Virus record (IMG/VR): IMGVR_UViG_3300048762_000133
Location: 1-39,039 of that record
DNA length: 39,039 nt
From: a virus
Taxonomy: Duplodnaviria > Caudoviricetes
Strand: one strand, 5' to 3'
The position numbers were made by a program, and so were the translations under genes. The notes beneath the pieces are model-generated. The model saw only the letters and a program-made list of their open reading frames with translations, did not search any database and was not told where the DNA came from. Of the stretch, positions 28,477-37,105 are shown in pieces; position 1 is the stretch's first letter, and every line of letters starts with the position of its first letter.

Positions 28477-28998
28477 ATGGAATGTAGAGATTGTAAAAAA
28501 GAGTTTACCCCAAATCCCCGCTGGCATCGCGCTTGGGGGCTTTGCCCTGAATGCCGAGTTCTTAATTCGCATCGGATAAAAGAAAAATACAAGAAAACTG
28601 CGAAAGGGAAAGCATGCTTGGAACGATGGGTCCATAGCGAAAAACGAGCAGAAAATGAAAAGGGCTATCGGCAAACACCCCGCCGAAAACAATTAGCAGT
28701 TGCCGCAACTACTAGATTCAGATTAAATCATCCTGAATTGGAACCGGAGGTTGCGCGAGTAAACCGAATTTACGAATCAAGGACACAAGGTAAACTAAGA
28801 GGATGGTGGAAAGAACACTCTAAAAATGGTTGTCTAAAATGTGGCACCTTCGAAAAGTTGTGCATCGACCATATTATCCCGCGTTCTCTAGGCGGTTCTG
28901 ACGATATTAGCAATCTCCAGGTTCTTTGCATACGCTGTAATGGTGAAAAAGGAACACAGACTATAGATTATGCTGCTTCCCACACTTCGGACAAATAA
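28477..28998 (+). CDS. HNH endonuclease, antisense insertion
   Basis: CLKC...IDHIIPRSLGGSDDISNLQVLCIRCN..KG; N-terminal CxxC..CxxC. Confidence 0.92.
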   Translation: MECRDCKKEFTPNPRWHRAWGLCPECRVLNSHRIKEKYKKTAKGKACLERWVHSEKRAENEKGYRQTPRRKQLAVAATTRFRLNHPELEPEVARVNRIYESRTQGKLRGWWKEHSKNGCLKCGTFEKLCIDHIIPRSLGGSDDISNLQVLCIRCNGEKGTQTIDYAASHTSDK

Positions 28999-29509
28999 TA
29001 TATCCTCCGAGTTGCCACAGGTCGCCCGTCTTACAGGTAGGTTCTACCTGTTCGGGGATAGCGTCATCATCGGTCAAGCCTTCGCCTGGGACATGGAACT
29101 GCGTCATCAACTCTTCGATTTCCTTATCATCGAAGCCGGTTATCTCTATGTCGAACGCCCCAGTGTTGATTTCTTCCAGCAGGTCTTTCAAGCGGGGCAA
29201 GTCCCACTCGCCGGATATTTTATTCAAGGCCAGGTTAAGGGCTTTCTCTTTGGCGTCATCCAGCCGGACTATTGAAACCTCGACCTCGGCGCGCCCCATC
29301 TCTTTTAAGACCTTGAGGCGCTGGTGGCCGCCTACAAGGTTCCCCGTTTTCTCATTCCAGACAAGCGGCTCGATGCAGTCAAACTCGGTTAGCGATTTCT
29401 TGAGCTTTTTATACTCAGGATCGGATGGTTGCAAATCCTTGCGGGGATTGTAATCAACCGGGTTTATCTTTGAGATGGGGATGGTTTTAATTTCCATAAT
29501 CTTTTTCAT
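28961..29509 (-). CDS. ParB/Srx-like domain protein; N-terminal half of a split ParB-MTase
   Basis: YNPRKDL, LVGGHQRL, LNKISGEWD, then DDAIPE...KTGDLWQLG. Confidence 0.88.
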   Translation of the reverse strand: MKKIMEIKTIPISKINPVDYNPRKDLQPSDPEYKKLKKSLTEFDCIEPLVWNEKTGNLVGGHQRLKVLKEMGRAEVEVSIVRLDDAKEKALNLALNKISGEWDLPRLKDLLEEINTGAFDIEITGFDDKEIEELMTQFHVPGEGLTDDDAIPEQVEPTCKTGDLWQLGGYIICPKCGKQHNL

Positions 29510-29544
29510 TTACGCACGAAAAGCGAAAGTTGCCACCGTAGCGA

Positions 29545-29868
29545 TCAAACTATTCCAGGCGGCTGTTCATAATAAACGTCCAGACCGAGCGCGAGCGCCA
29601 GCTCATATTCACCCTTGGAACCTTCGCTCGATTCCCAGCCAGCCATCATGAATATGCAATCGCAGCGTCTTAAAATCTCAAGATCGCCCTCAAGGAATAT
29701 CTCATCTGGTACGGCTCCATCGAAGTTTGCAGTGTTCGCGTGAGGACAGATAACCGCAAATCCCGAGCGCCATAATTCTTTCGCCGCGTGCATGGCCGCG
29801 TAGATATTGGCGTCGATGCCCTGCTTGGTTGGGGCGCGGTAGGGGCCGGACACAAAGATGATTTTCAT
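29545..29868 (-). CDS. DUF4406/DUF1937-like (nucleoside deoxyribosyltransferase fold) protein
   Basis: IFVSGPY, CPH, LRRCD.IFMM.GWESSEGS..E. Confidence 0.75.
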   Translation of the reverse strand: MKIIFVSGPYRAPTKQGIDANIYAAMHAAKELWRSGFAVICPHANTANFDGAVPDEIFLEGDLEILRRCDCIFMMAGWESSEGSKGEYELALALGLDVYYEQPPGIV

Positions 29869-30404
29869 TACCCCGTCACACTCACTTTGTTTTCGTTTAA
29901 TCTGGCGAAAGCGAGTCCATCTGCAAAACCTTTTTTATAACCATGTCGGTAACTTAGTTCGTGAGTACCCCGAGTAGTTAGTTGCAGATTTTCTAATTTA
30001 TTGTTGTAACGGTTGCCATCGAGATGATGCACTATTTCGCTCGAAAGTAACGGTCTTCCGAGGTGCCGCATCATAACAAGTCGATGTTCAAGAATGTATC
30101 CGTCTTGACTACGCTGTGGGTAGAAATCATCACCGGGAAACATGCGAATAGCATTATATCCCTCAGTGTCTTTGCGACCGCCTCTCCAGCGTGGATTGTC
30201 TGAACCCTTTTGAGGATTTCCAAACCATCTATTACTGCAAAATTTCATCATGCATGAACGGCACATGAGACTAGGATTTTTAATCAAATAATACTTATCA
30301 ATCCAACGCTCTTTCCCACAATGAGGGCATGCCTGCCAGACATAACTACTATGCCCAGTTCTGCCGATTTCTCTTGATGTTGACACTTCTCCGATACTAG
30401 GCAT
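29868..30404 (-). CDS. HNH homing endonuclease
   Basis: NPRWRGG, EHRLVM..HLGRPL...EIVHHLDGNRYNN..ENLQL. Confidence 0.9.
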   Translation of the reverse strand: MPSIGEVSTSREIGRTGHSSYVWQACPHCGKERWIDKYYLIKNPSLMCRSCMMKFCSNRWFGNPQKGSDNPRWRGGRKDTEGYNAIRMFPGDDFYPQRSQDGYILEHRLVMMRHLGRPLLSSEIVHHLDGNRYNNKLENLQLTTRGTHELSYRHGYKKGFADGLAFARLNENKVSVTG

Positions 30405-31206
30405 TTACAGTCACCTTGTTTTCATCAGGATCAAACACAAATACCGGTGCTCCGATGCCATTTGGTGGATAATTCTTAATCTCTCCGTATGATGGCGGGA
30501 TTCCCTGCGTGTACCCCCGGAACCAGCAGCCGGTCATAGCCCCAATCTTTTCAAGCGAGATTATCTTTCCCGCCTCAGTGAGTTCCATGTAATGCTTCGT
30601 CGATATGATGGTGTCATGGACATGGCCGTGCGCGTACCATCTGGCGTTGAAGTTATCCATGAAGCGTTCTAGTCGCGTCATCTTGGCCCCGCGTGTGATA
30701 CCCCCGCCCGCTCCATGTGTTACAACACCTAGAAACTCATGTGATTCTCTGCAATTACCGGACTTACGGCGGAAAATCAGGCGGACAAAGGCTGAATACC
30801 CCAGGTCTGGAAGGTTCAGCCTCTTGCAGATTTGCTTTTGAGGGTCTCCGTCCTGATGTTTCCTGTAAGCGTCCTCGTGATTTCCCATTAATAGCCCGAT
30901 GCATTTAGAACGGATGGGCTGAAATAGGTTGACGATTTTCTCTATTTCACTTTCCCCGATTTCGGCGGGGTCGATCCAATTTGAAATACATTTTCCATCA
31001 AAGCGCGGATCGCGGGCACTTATGAATTCACAATAATCACCCATCCCTATCCACAGGGCGAACGGGTCATCCTTGATTTGCTGGACGCGGGCTTTTATCT
31101 TATCTTCCGCACAGTGGGCGGTTCCGAGGTGTATGTCACCCAGAAGGTGCACTTTGAAGGTATCAGAACGTGATTTGTAATCGACGATTCTCGAGATAAC
31201 TTCTAT
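30397..31206 (-). CDS. Calcineurin-like metallophosphoesterase
   Basis: GDIH, GD, GNHE, THG, GHVH; start probably an in-frame ATA at 31206 after AAGAGGT (the track starts at 31152). Confidence 0.88.
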   Translation of the reverse strand: MEVISRIVDYKSRSDTFKVHLLGDIHLGTAHCAEDKIKARVQQIKDDPFALWIGMGDYCEFISARDPRFDGKCISNWIDPAEIGESEIEKIVNLFQPIRSKCIGLLMGNHEDAYRKHQDGDPQKQICKRLNLPDLGYSAFVRLIFRRKSGNCRESHEFLGVVTHGAGGGITRGAKMTRLERFMDNFNARWYAHGHVHDTIISTKHYMELTEAGKIISLEKIGAMTGCWFRGYTQGIPPSYGEIKNYPPNGIGAPVFVFDPDENKVTVNA

Positions 31207-31546
31207 TTTTCTACCTCTTAACCAGCCAGCCCTACCCCGCTTTGAGCGTGTTTCGACGGCGAGGTCGATTTCGGGCTGTGGTTTAATAGTGTCCGGGGCG
31301 GCCTAGGAAGGAATAACCTCAGTCGCCCCGGTGCTGGTAATGTGCCGCTGGCGGGGATGAGCCGCCCTAACGGCTTGCAGGAGTGGAGGCTGTCCGAAGA
31401 AAACGAACTGTTCGAAGATTTGGGATAGTTGGGGGCAAAAAGAAAGAGCGGGCCGTCTTTGGTTAGACTTCCCACTCTATAAATCAGATTTTAGTCCGTT
31501 TGTTCGGATAAAGTCAAGTCTCGTGCCTGAAGTTGTCAAGTGTTTT

Positions 31547-31975
31547 TTAGCGCAACCTATGGTTTATCCATTGCTCGAACGTGCATGGCTTCCGGCCGCG
31601 CCGTTTGCATTTTTTAACCAAACAGTTTTCGCACGACTGCCAGCGCCGGCATAATCCGCAGACGTATGAGACCGCAGAACGGGAATCTGACGACAGGTCA
31701 TCGAATTCTACGGGCCGCTCTTTCCCTTTGGCTATAATCTCGACATACAACCGCACGCCATAGTCTCCGCACATACTGATGCGCTGGGTTATCTCTGCAC
31801 GAACTAGCGACTCGGTTTCCCCCGGCATGTGGCTGCTTGATTGATGCGAGATCGGCGCGTCTGTGTAGTTTGATTCTTTCACGGGCCAGGTTTCCCGACA
31901 TTCATTCAAAAAGAACATGATTTGGTCACGGGTGTAGGAACGAAACTCGCCGGGAACGTAATAATCTTGTATCAC
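31547..31975 (-). CDS. Hypothetical protein with Cys-rich C-terminus; possible late regulator by position
   Basis: Last gene before the non-coding late leader; GTGA coupling. Confidence 0.5.
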   Translation of the reverse strand: MIQDYYVPGEFRSYTRDQIMFFLNECRETWPVKESNYTDAPISHQSSSHMPGETESLVRAEITQRISMCGDYGVRLYVEIIAKGKERPVEFDDLSSDSRSAVSYVCGLCRRWQSCENCLVKKCKRRGRKPCTFEQWINHRLR

Positions 31976-32187
31976 GTCCTGAACACCCCCATGTTGTGCT
32001 TGACCTGTTCGGGAGTGGCGCGCATGATTTTGTCGGTTATGATGCAGTTCTGAATATCCCAAAGAGCACGAGTGAGAACAGGATCAGCAAAAACGTTTGG
32101 CAATCTCTTGTAATGGCGGAATTGAATCTCGCAAAGGAGTTGCTGCTGGGTGGGTGGCAAACAATCCCAGATAGTGCTACACAGCAT
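31972..32187 (-). CDS. Hypothetical protein
   Basis: Likely start at MLCSTIWD; coupled to neighbours; start approximate. Confidence 0.45.
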   Translation of the reverse strand: MLCSTIWDCLPPTQQQLLCEIQFRHYKRLPNVFADPVLTRALWDIQNCIITDKIMRATPEQVKHNMGVFRT

Positions 32188-32452
32188 TTCCGCTTCCCCT
32201 TGCCGCCGTCTTTTGGAAAGCAGGCTGCTTATATTTGGGGCACCTCCAATCAGGGCAGCGATAAAGTGGCTTGCCATACATGTCGATGGTTTCGAGGTGT
32301 CCGCCACATTGGGGGCAGACACGAACCGTCAAGTTTTTCTTGACAGTTGCGGTTTGTTTCGGCCAGCGTCCGGCATGGATTTTCTTAGTCGGATGATGTG
32401 ACGCTGTTTTCTCGCGGGGCGGCAGATTTTTGGCTCCCAGTGTTCGGCTCAT
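32177..32452 (-). CDS. Small basic Zn-ribbon protein
   Basis: CPQCGG...YRCPDWRC; AAGGAGG RBS. Confidence 0.6.
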   Translation of the reverse strand: MSRTLGAKNLPPREKTASHHPTKKIHAGRWPKQTATVKKNLTVRVCPQCGGHLETIDMYGKPLYRCPDWRCPKYKQPAFQKTAARGSGNAV

Positions 32453-32570
32453 GATTCCCTCCTTCAAAACAAAAAGAGATAAACAGGAAGCACCATATCA
32501 GAGCTTGTAAAGGTGACAGAGCCGCTTTGATTACGTCCATAAAGGCTCAATTTATCCCACTCCCTTAAAT

Positions 32571-32617
32571 AAAAAAATGGGCGGGAACCCCGAACAATAA
32601 AGTCCGAGATTCCCGCC
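32571..32617 (-). terminator. Long-stem terminator
   Basis: gggcgggaa...ttcccgccc followed by atttttttattt on the minus strand. Confidence 0.65.
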
Positions 32618-32695
32618 CTCCGGTCCTAAACCTGGTCAGGCGATGCTAGCTAAAGTTAGTTTGTCTTTTTCTCATGGTTTTAAAAGCTCCGGATT

Positions 32696-32816
32696 TTAGT
32701 ATATATTGCCAATGACCTCGTAATTCTTGAAATCCCAGGCATGAGAAAGCGGACGCTCTTCCCAATCTATCTCTATTGCGAAAGTGGCAAGAGCTTCGTT
32801 CCACTCATCACGACCA
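32696..32816 (-). pseudogene. yopX-family gene, 3' fragment
   Basis: ...YEVIGNIY C-terminal YopX motif. Confidence 0.85.
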
Positions 32817-32850
32817 TTGACACTCCCCGGCTCTAAAGAGCGGGGATTCT

Positions 32851-33981
32851 TCAGGCTACGCACGGAGCAACCTCCCACGTTAGCACCTGAGGGGTCTGCC
32901 CGACCCCACGACTGAGTATGTTCCTAGCGGCGTTCTCATCCCTGTCTAACACTAATCCGCAGTTAGGGCAGCAATGGATACGCTCAGCTAGTGTCTTTGG
33001 TACTTTAATACCACATCCTGAACAGAGTTGAGAGGTATTTTGGGGCGCTACTTTGACCAGTATCCTACCGGCACTCTCAGCCTTATAGGATAGCAGCCCG
33101 AAGAATTGCCCCCAAGCTCCATCCAGAATGTGCCTTGCCAGATGGTGATTCCGCACCATCCCCTTGATATTCAAACCCTCTACGTAAATCGTGCCGTAGC
33201 TTTGAATGTAGTAATTGGCTACCTTGTGCAGAAAGTCTGCGCGTTGACTGGCTACCTTTTCGTGTGCCTTAGCTACTAATACCCGAGCTCGTTTCCTTCC
33301 TTGTGAGCCTTTAATCCTCCGGCTCAACCTGCGCTGCCTTAGCCGCAGTTCTGCCATGCTTTTGTTGGAATAGCGTGGATTATCTATCTTGTGTCCCTCA
33401 GAGTCTACTGCCATCGAGGTTATGCCTACATCTATGCCGATGGATTTGTCATTCTCAGGAAGTTTATTCTCCGGCACGCTGTCGCAAGAGAAGCAGACGT
33501 ACCACTTACCGGTAGCAGAGCGGCGCATGGTGACAATTTTAATCTCCCCCTCAATGGGGCGGGAAAGGTGAAGTTTGAAGATACCAACCTTGGCTATATG
33601 CAGATGATTCCCCTCAAGTTTCCAGCCCGTCTGCTTTAGGGTGAAGGAATCATACCAGCCCCTGCCCCTGAACCGAGGAAAGCCTGCTTTGCCCCCAGCC
33701 TTCACCCTGCGGAAAAATCCTTTGTAGGCTTTATCCAGTCGCTCTAGCACATTCTGGAGCACTTGGGAACCTACGTTCTGATATTCGGGGTGGACTATTT
33801 TGAAATCGGGCAGAGCGTTGGCTTGGTCATATCCAGATACCGTTTCGTGGTCTTCTTGCCAACATTCTATCCGATTAGCCAGTGCCACATTGTAGAGCCT
33901 ACGGCATAGCTCCAGCCATTGAGACACATGTTCCAGTGTCTCTTTGTTGGCATAGGCCCTATATCTATAGGTCAGTTTCAT
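32851..33981 (-). CDS. tnpB: TnpB RNA-guided endonuclease
   Basis: RuvC GIDVG / VEGL / DRDENAA, CSGC..CPNC Zn finger, GFPRF. Confidence 0.96.
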   Translation of the reverse strand: MKLTYRYRAYANKETLEHVSQWLELCRRLYNVALANRIECWQEDHETVSGYDQANALPDFKIVHPEYQNVGSQVLQNVLERLDKAYKGFFRRVKAGGKAGFPRFRGRGWYDSFTLKQTGWKLEGNHLHIAKVGIFKLHLSRPIEGEIKIVTMRRSATGKWYVCFSCDSVPENKLPENDKSIGIDVGITSMAVDSEGHKIDNPRYSNKSMAELRLRQRRLSRRIKGSQGRKRARVLVAKAHEKVASQRADFLHKVANYYIQSYGTIYVEGLNIKGMVRNHHLARHILDGAWGQFFGLLSYKAESAGRILVKVAPQNTSQLCSGCGIKVPKTLAERIHCCPNCGLVLDRDENAARNILSRGVGQTPQVLTWEVAPCVA

Positions 33982-34367
33982 TTTTTACTTTGGGCTTCGA
34001 TGTACTTCTTAATAGTTTCGCTGGATACGTTGCCTGCTGTAGACACGAAGTAGCTATTAGTCCAGAGCGAAGGGAGCCTTAGCAGTGTGGGAAACTCTTT
34101 CCTGAGCATGTTGGAGCTTCTTCCCTTAAACGCTTTGACCAATTTGTGAATCGCTATTTGTGGGTAGCACGAAACGAAAAGGTGTAAATGGTCTGGCATT
34201 ACCTCTAACGCTAATATCTTCACCTTCTGCTCTACGGCTACCTGCGCCAATATCTCGGCCAGCCTATCTTTAATACCGCCAGTCAACACCGAGCGCCGAC
34301 GCTTTGGGCACCACACTAAATGGAAGTTCAAGAGGTAGACTTGGTTTCTTATACGTTCGTATTCCAT
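33978..34367 (-). CDS. tnpA: Y1 (HUH) transposase
   Basis: HLVWCPKRR, PDHLHLF, LWTNSYFVST, YIEAQ; start at 34367, 6 nt after TTGACA..TATATT. Confidence 0.96.
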   Translation of the reverse strand: MEYERIRNQVYLLNFHLVWCPKRRRSVLTGGIKDRLAEILAQVAVEQKVKILALEVMPDHLHLFVSCYPQIAIHKLVKAFKGRSSNMLRKEFPTLLRLPSLWTNSYFVSTAGNVSSETIKKYIEAQSKK

Positions 34368-34456
34368 GTTTACAATATACCAACTATCTACATTGCTTGT
34401 CAACTGCCCCTGATTCATCCCCAGCATTAAAATGCGGGGTTTTCTCAGGACGTTTT

Positions 34457-34803
34457 ATAAAATTTATCCAAGTGATTTTACCGATGCCCGACGTGTCTTC
34501 TTTGTAGCCGCAGTGTTTGCACTCGCAGCCACTTTTCCAATTATTTACTCTGACGATATCCCCCTCGTAAATCTCTTTGCCGTTTTTATCGCGGAGGCCG
34601 ATGTATTGCATGAGTGGGCTTTCTTTCGTGGTTCCACCGTAAACGACCTTATCACCTTCCGCAGTATAGGTATCTCCATACCCGACGCCATAAGTGGCGA
34701 TGTGCCCCGCATTGTTATTAAATCTAATCTCGGTTACAGGAAGCACCTGTTTAGTTGCCGGACACCACGCCCTGAATTTAATCTCCCTCACGTTTTGCTC
34801 CAT
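34457..34803 (-). pseudogene. yopX-family gene, 5' fragment
   Basis: REIKFRAW, MQYIGLRDKNGKEIYEGDIV. Confidence 0.9.
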
Positions 34804-35021
34804 TTTAGTAAGTCGATCCTCAAGATTTCTGCTGTCTTCTGGATGCTGATTTTTTCTTTTCCCAACCCATCGCTCGTGTACTTGAAAACTATCATGGGCT
34901 GGGCGTCCTGTAACTCGATCTCGATATGGTCCCAGGGGTGGATTTTGAACAGCTCGATTAAAACAGCCTGAGCGGGTGTCAACATGTACGGTATCAGGTT
35001 CACCCCTATTTTCTCAGCCAT
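34788..35021 (-). CDS. Hypothetical protein
   Basis: 77-aa ORF with GAGG RBS. Confidence 0.6.
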   Translation of the reverse strand: MAEKIGVNLIPYMLTPAQAVLIELFKIHPWDHIEIELQDAQPMIVFKYTSDGLGKEKISIQKTAEILRIDLLKWSKT

Positions 35022-35049
35022 TCAACCTCACTTCTAATCGTAATCCTAT

Positions 35050-35358
35050 TCAGGCATGATTTACAAGTATTTTTTCTTTGAACCCCTGCTTAATCCGTAT
35101 CGGTCGGATAATAGCCAGTAATTCCTGTTGCCGTTCCCAAGAATGATGCGCCTGCTCGTAACCATGTTCGGCCTTTGTAAGGCAGGCTATATTGAACGGG
35201 TCTATGAGCCTCAATCCCCTCCGTCCGGTGATGTGGTGGTGTTCTGCTGTAGGCCCGCCGGACAGGTCGCTCTTTTTGTCGCTCAGCTCATCTAGCAGGA
35301 TGCAAAGTTTCTTGTATTCCTTTTCCTGGGCAGCGCGTTTCGGAGTGTGGTATCTCAC
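35050..35358 (-). CDS. HNH-like small nuclease
   Basis: EHHHITGR..L..PFNIACL...H pattern. Confidence 0.5.
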   Translation of the reverse strand: MRYHTPKRAAQEKEYKKLCILLDELSDKKSDLSGGPTAEHHHITGRRGLRLIDPFNIACLTKAEHGYEQAHHSWERQQELLAIIRPIRIKQGFKEKILVNHA

Positions 35359-35669
35359 GTAAGCACCTCGCAGATTTCATCCCACGAGCTGGGCCTCCAA
35401 AGATACACGTCACACTTCCCTGTCGCCGCCAGTATTTCAAGCCACCCCATTTGAGCCTCCGATAACTTGCCCCGCTCAGTCTTGAGTTCGACAAATATTA
35501 ATCTGCCCTTTTTTGCCAAACACAGGTCAGGAAAGCCCACATCCGAATAGATAGACAAGAAAGTATGATAAACCGAATAACCTTTAAGGGTTGCCAACTG
35601 CCTTACTTGTTGGCTCAATTCCTTTTCGGACATAAATTTGTCCAGTCCAGTGGCCCCGTATTCGTTCAT
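35355..35669 (-). CDS. VRR-NUC domain nuclease
   Basis: GFPDL, FVELKTERGKLSEAQ..W, WRP. Confidence 0.9.
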   Translation of the reverse strand: MNEYGATGLDKFMSEKELSQQVRQLATLKGYSVYHTFLSIYSDVGFPDLCLAKKGRLIFVELKTERGKLSEAQMGWLEILAATGKCDVYLWRPSSWDEICEVLT

Positions 35670-35834
35670 GTTTGCCTCCTCGACACGGCGGGAGGTCACT
35701 CTAACGCCCTCTGGATGGCCGCTTTGACCATCTCGGTAGTCACCTCGGCTTGCGCATCTTTTATCCGCGCCTCGTGCATCTTGAGAATTCGCGTTAGCTT
35801 ATTATTTAATTCGAAGTCGAAAAACCCCATCTTT

Positions 35835-36107
35835 CTATCCTTCCTTCCCCGCCTGATCCGGGCGTGCCGGATGGGCGAGAATCTTCTTTATTTGCGCCTT
35901 TGCCACTTCGCGTTCAGGTAACGGCTTGCCGTCGTCTCCGTATTCCTGGGCTTGGTCATTAGCGAGTTTCAAAGCATCTCTAATTTCCGCGTCTGTTAGA
36001 AGCAATCTCTCGGCCTTGCAACCTGCACAATTAGGTGTGCAATCATCAGTGAATATTTGTTCAGGGTAACAGGTATGGACAATGCCCTCAATGTGCTTGG
36101 TTCTCAT
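35835..36107 (-). CDS. Hypothetical protein
   Basis: GGAGG RBS, ATGA coupling. Confidence 0.55.
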   Translation of the reverse strand: MRTKHIEGIVHTCYPEQIFTDDCTPNCAGCKAERLLLTDAEIRDALKLANDQAQEYGDDGKPLPEREVAKAQIKKILAHPARPDQAGKEG

Positions 36108-36502
36108 CTCCCCTCCTGCTTGCTCAGCGCGGCGTTGTCCTGTTTTAAGCCTTGGGCTATGTCTTTAAGCGCAGTATTCTCACCCTCAGAACCTGCCAAT
36201 GACCATTTCAGCGTGGCCTCCCTAGCCCCGGCAGCAGCCAGAGAGGACTGATAGATGGCGAGGTCGGAGGCGTTCTGTTTCTCTTGATAGCATCCTGGCT
36301 TATCACAGCAAGAGGCAAATTTATACCCGCATCCATCACAAATATGATTCACCAGTGGCATCTCCTGCACAGGCAGGCTAGAGGCGAGGACGGCGAGGAG
36401 GGCGGCCGCGAAATTATCCAGCGCAACCTCAGCCATCATATCTTGCCTATCTTGATAGAATTTTAGTTTTAACTCGGCGATTTGTTCTTTTAAGGTTTCC
36501 AT
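36104..36502 (-). CDS. Hypothetical protein with Cys cluster
   Basis: GGAG RBS, 132 aa. Confidence 0.55.
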   Translation of the reverse strand: METLKEQIAELKLKFYQDRQDMMAEVALDNFAAALLAVLASSLPVQEMPLVNHICDGCGYKFASCCDKPGCYQEKQNASDLAIYQSSLAAAGAREATLKWSLAGSEGENTALKDIAQGLKQDNAALSKQEGR

Positions 36503-36547
36503 CTTTATTTCTCCTCCGTCTTTTATTTTACCTGACTTTGGTGTCCA

Positions 36548-36724
36548 TTAAATCCATCCTACCTCAACCTTATTGCTGGACGTGCGCTCTTTCGCGGCCG
36601 CTTTAATCGCTACCTCTCGTTGCAATATGGCGATCTGTTTCACCGCGCAGACATCCGAGGCCCACCAGGCGCAATCTGACTCGGCGCAATCAGACTGTGT
36701 TAAAGGGCAAACCTTTTTATTCAT
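36548..36724 (-). CDS. 58-aa Cys-rich protein (not in ORF track)
   Basis: MNKKVCPLTQSDCAESDCAWWASDVCAV..., overlaps the stop of the DnaB C-half. Confidence 0.55.
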   Translation of the reverse strand: MNKKVCPLTQSDCAESDCAWWASDVCAVKQIAILQREVAIKAAAKERTSSNKVEVGWI

Positions 36725-37064
36725 ATGCGTTCATCTCCTCTACCTCGTAATACATTCCTGTTGATTCTTTATAAATTACCGGCACGGCCCCCACTTTTCC
36801 ACCTTGCCTCTCTTTTGCGATGATGAGTTTCCCAATACTCGGTCTACCCTGAACCTTGACTATATTGCGATCATAATAGTCCGGCCTGTGGATAAAGACC
36901 ACGGCGTCAGCGTCACTCTCAATATGGCCGCTGTTATGGACAAGTATGCTGTTAGCTATAAAATTGTGGTTTTGTGGAACGACAAAATCATAGGTTTGCT
37001 GTAAACCTATATCCTCCACAGAAATGACTTCATCGTAGATTAAACTCGCCTGTTGTTCTATCAT
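36717..37064 (-). CDS. dnaB: Split intein C-fragment (44 aa) plus DnaB C-extein
   Basis: TYDFVVPQNHNFIANSILVHN|SGHIESDADAVVFIHR...IIAKERQG; GGGAGG upstream. Confidence 0.9.
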   Translation of the reverse strand: MIEQQASLIYDEVISVEDIGLQQTYDFVVPQNHNFIANSILVHNSGHIESDADAVVFIHRPDYYDRNIVKVQGRPSIGKLIIAKERQGGKVGAVPVIYKESTGMYYEVEEMNAYE

Positions 37065-37105
37065 AATAAGCTCTTTCCTCCCGTATGAGTTTTTCTACAA
37101 ACTGG

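Larger units (their letters stand above)
32817..34456 (-). mobile_element. IS200/IS605-family element (tnpA+tnpB)
   Basis: Subterminal hairpins at both ends, inserted 3' of TTTAT (34461-34457), right end terminating in TCAA; removal restores the yopX frame. Confidence 0.92.

Noticed and set aside
27659-28998. Restriction-modification pair (MTase plus HNH)
   Set aside because: The HNH gene interrupts a conserved ParB-MTase fusion in antisense, which fits a homing insertion better; not fully excluded
28961-29509. Plasmid partition system
   Set aside because: No ParA and no HTH; this ParB-like domain is the type fused to methyltransferases next to terminase genes
31218-31475. tRNA gene or 85-aa protein
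   Set aside because: No cloverleaf or T-loop consensus seen; the ORF lacks an RBS and has low-complexity composition
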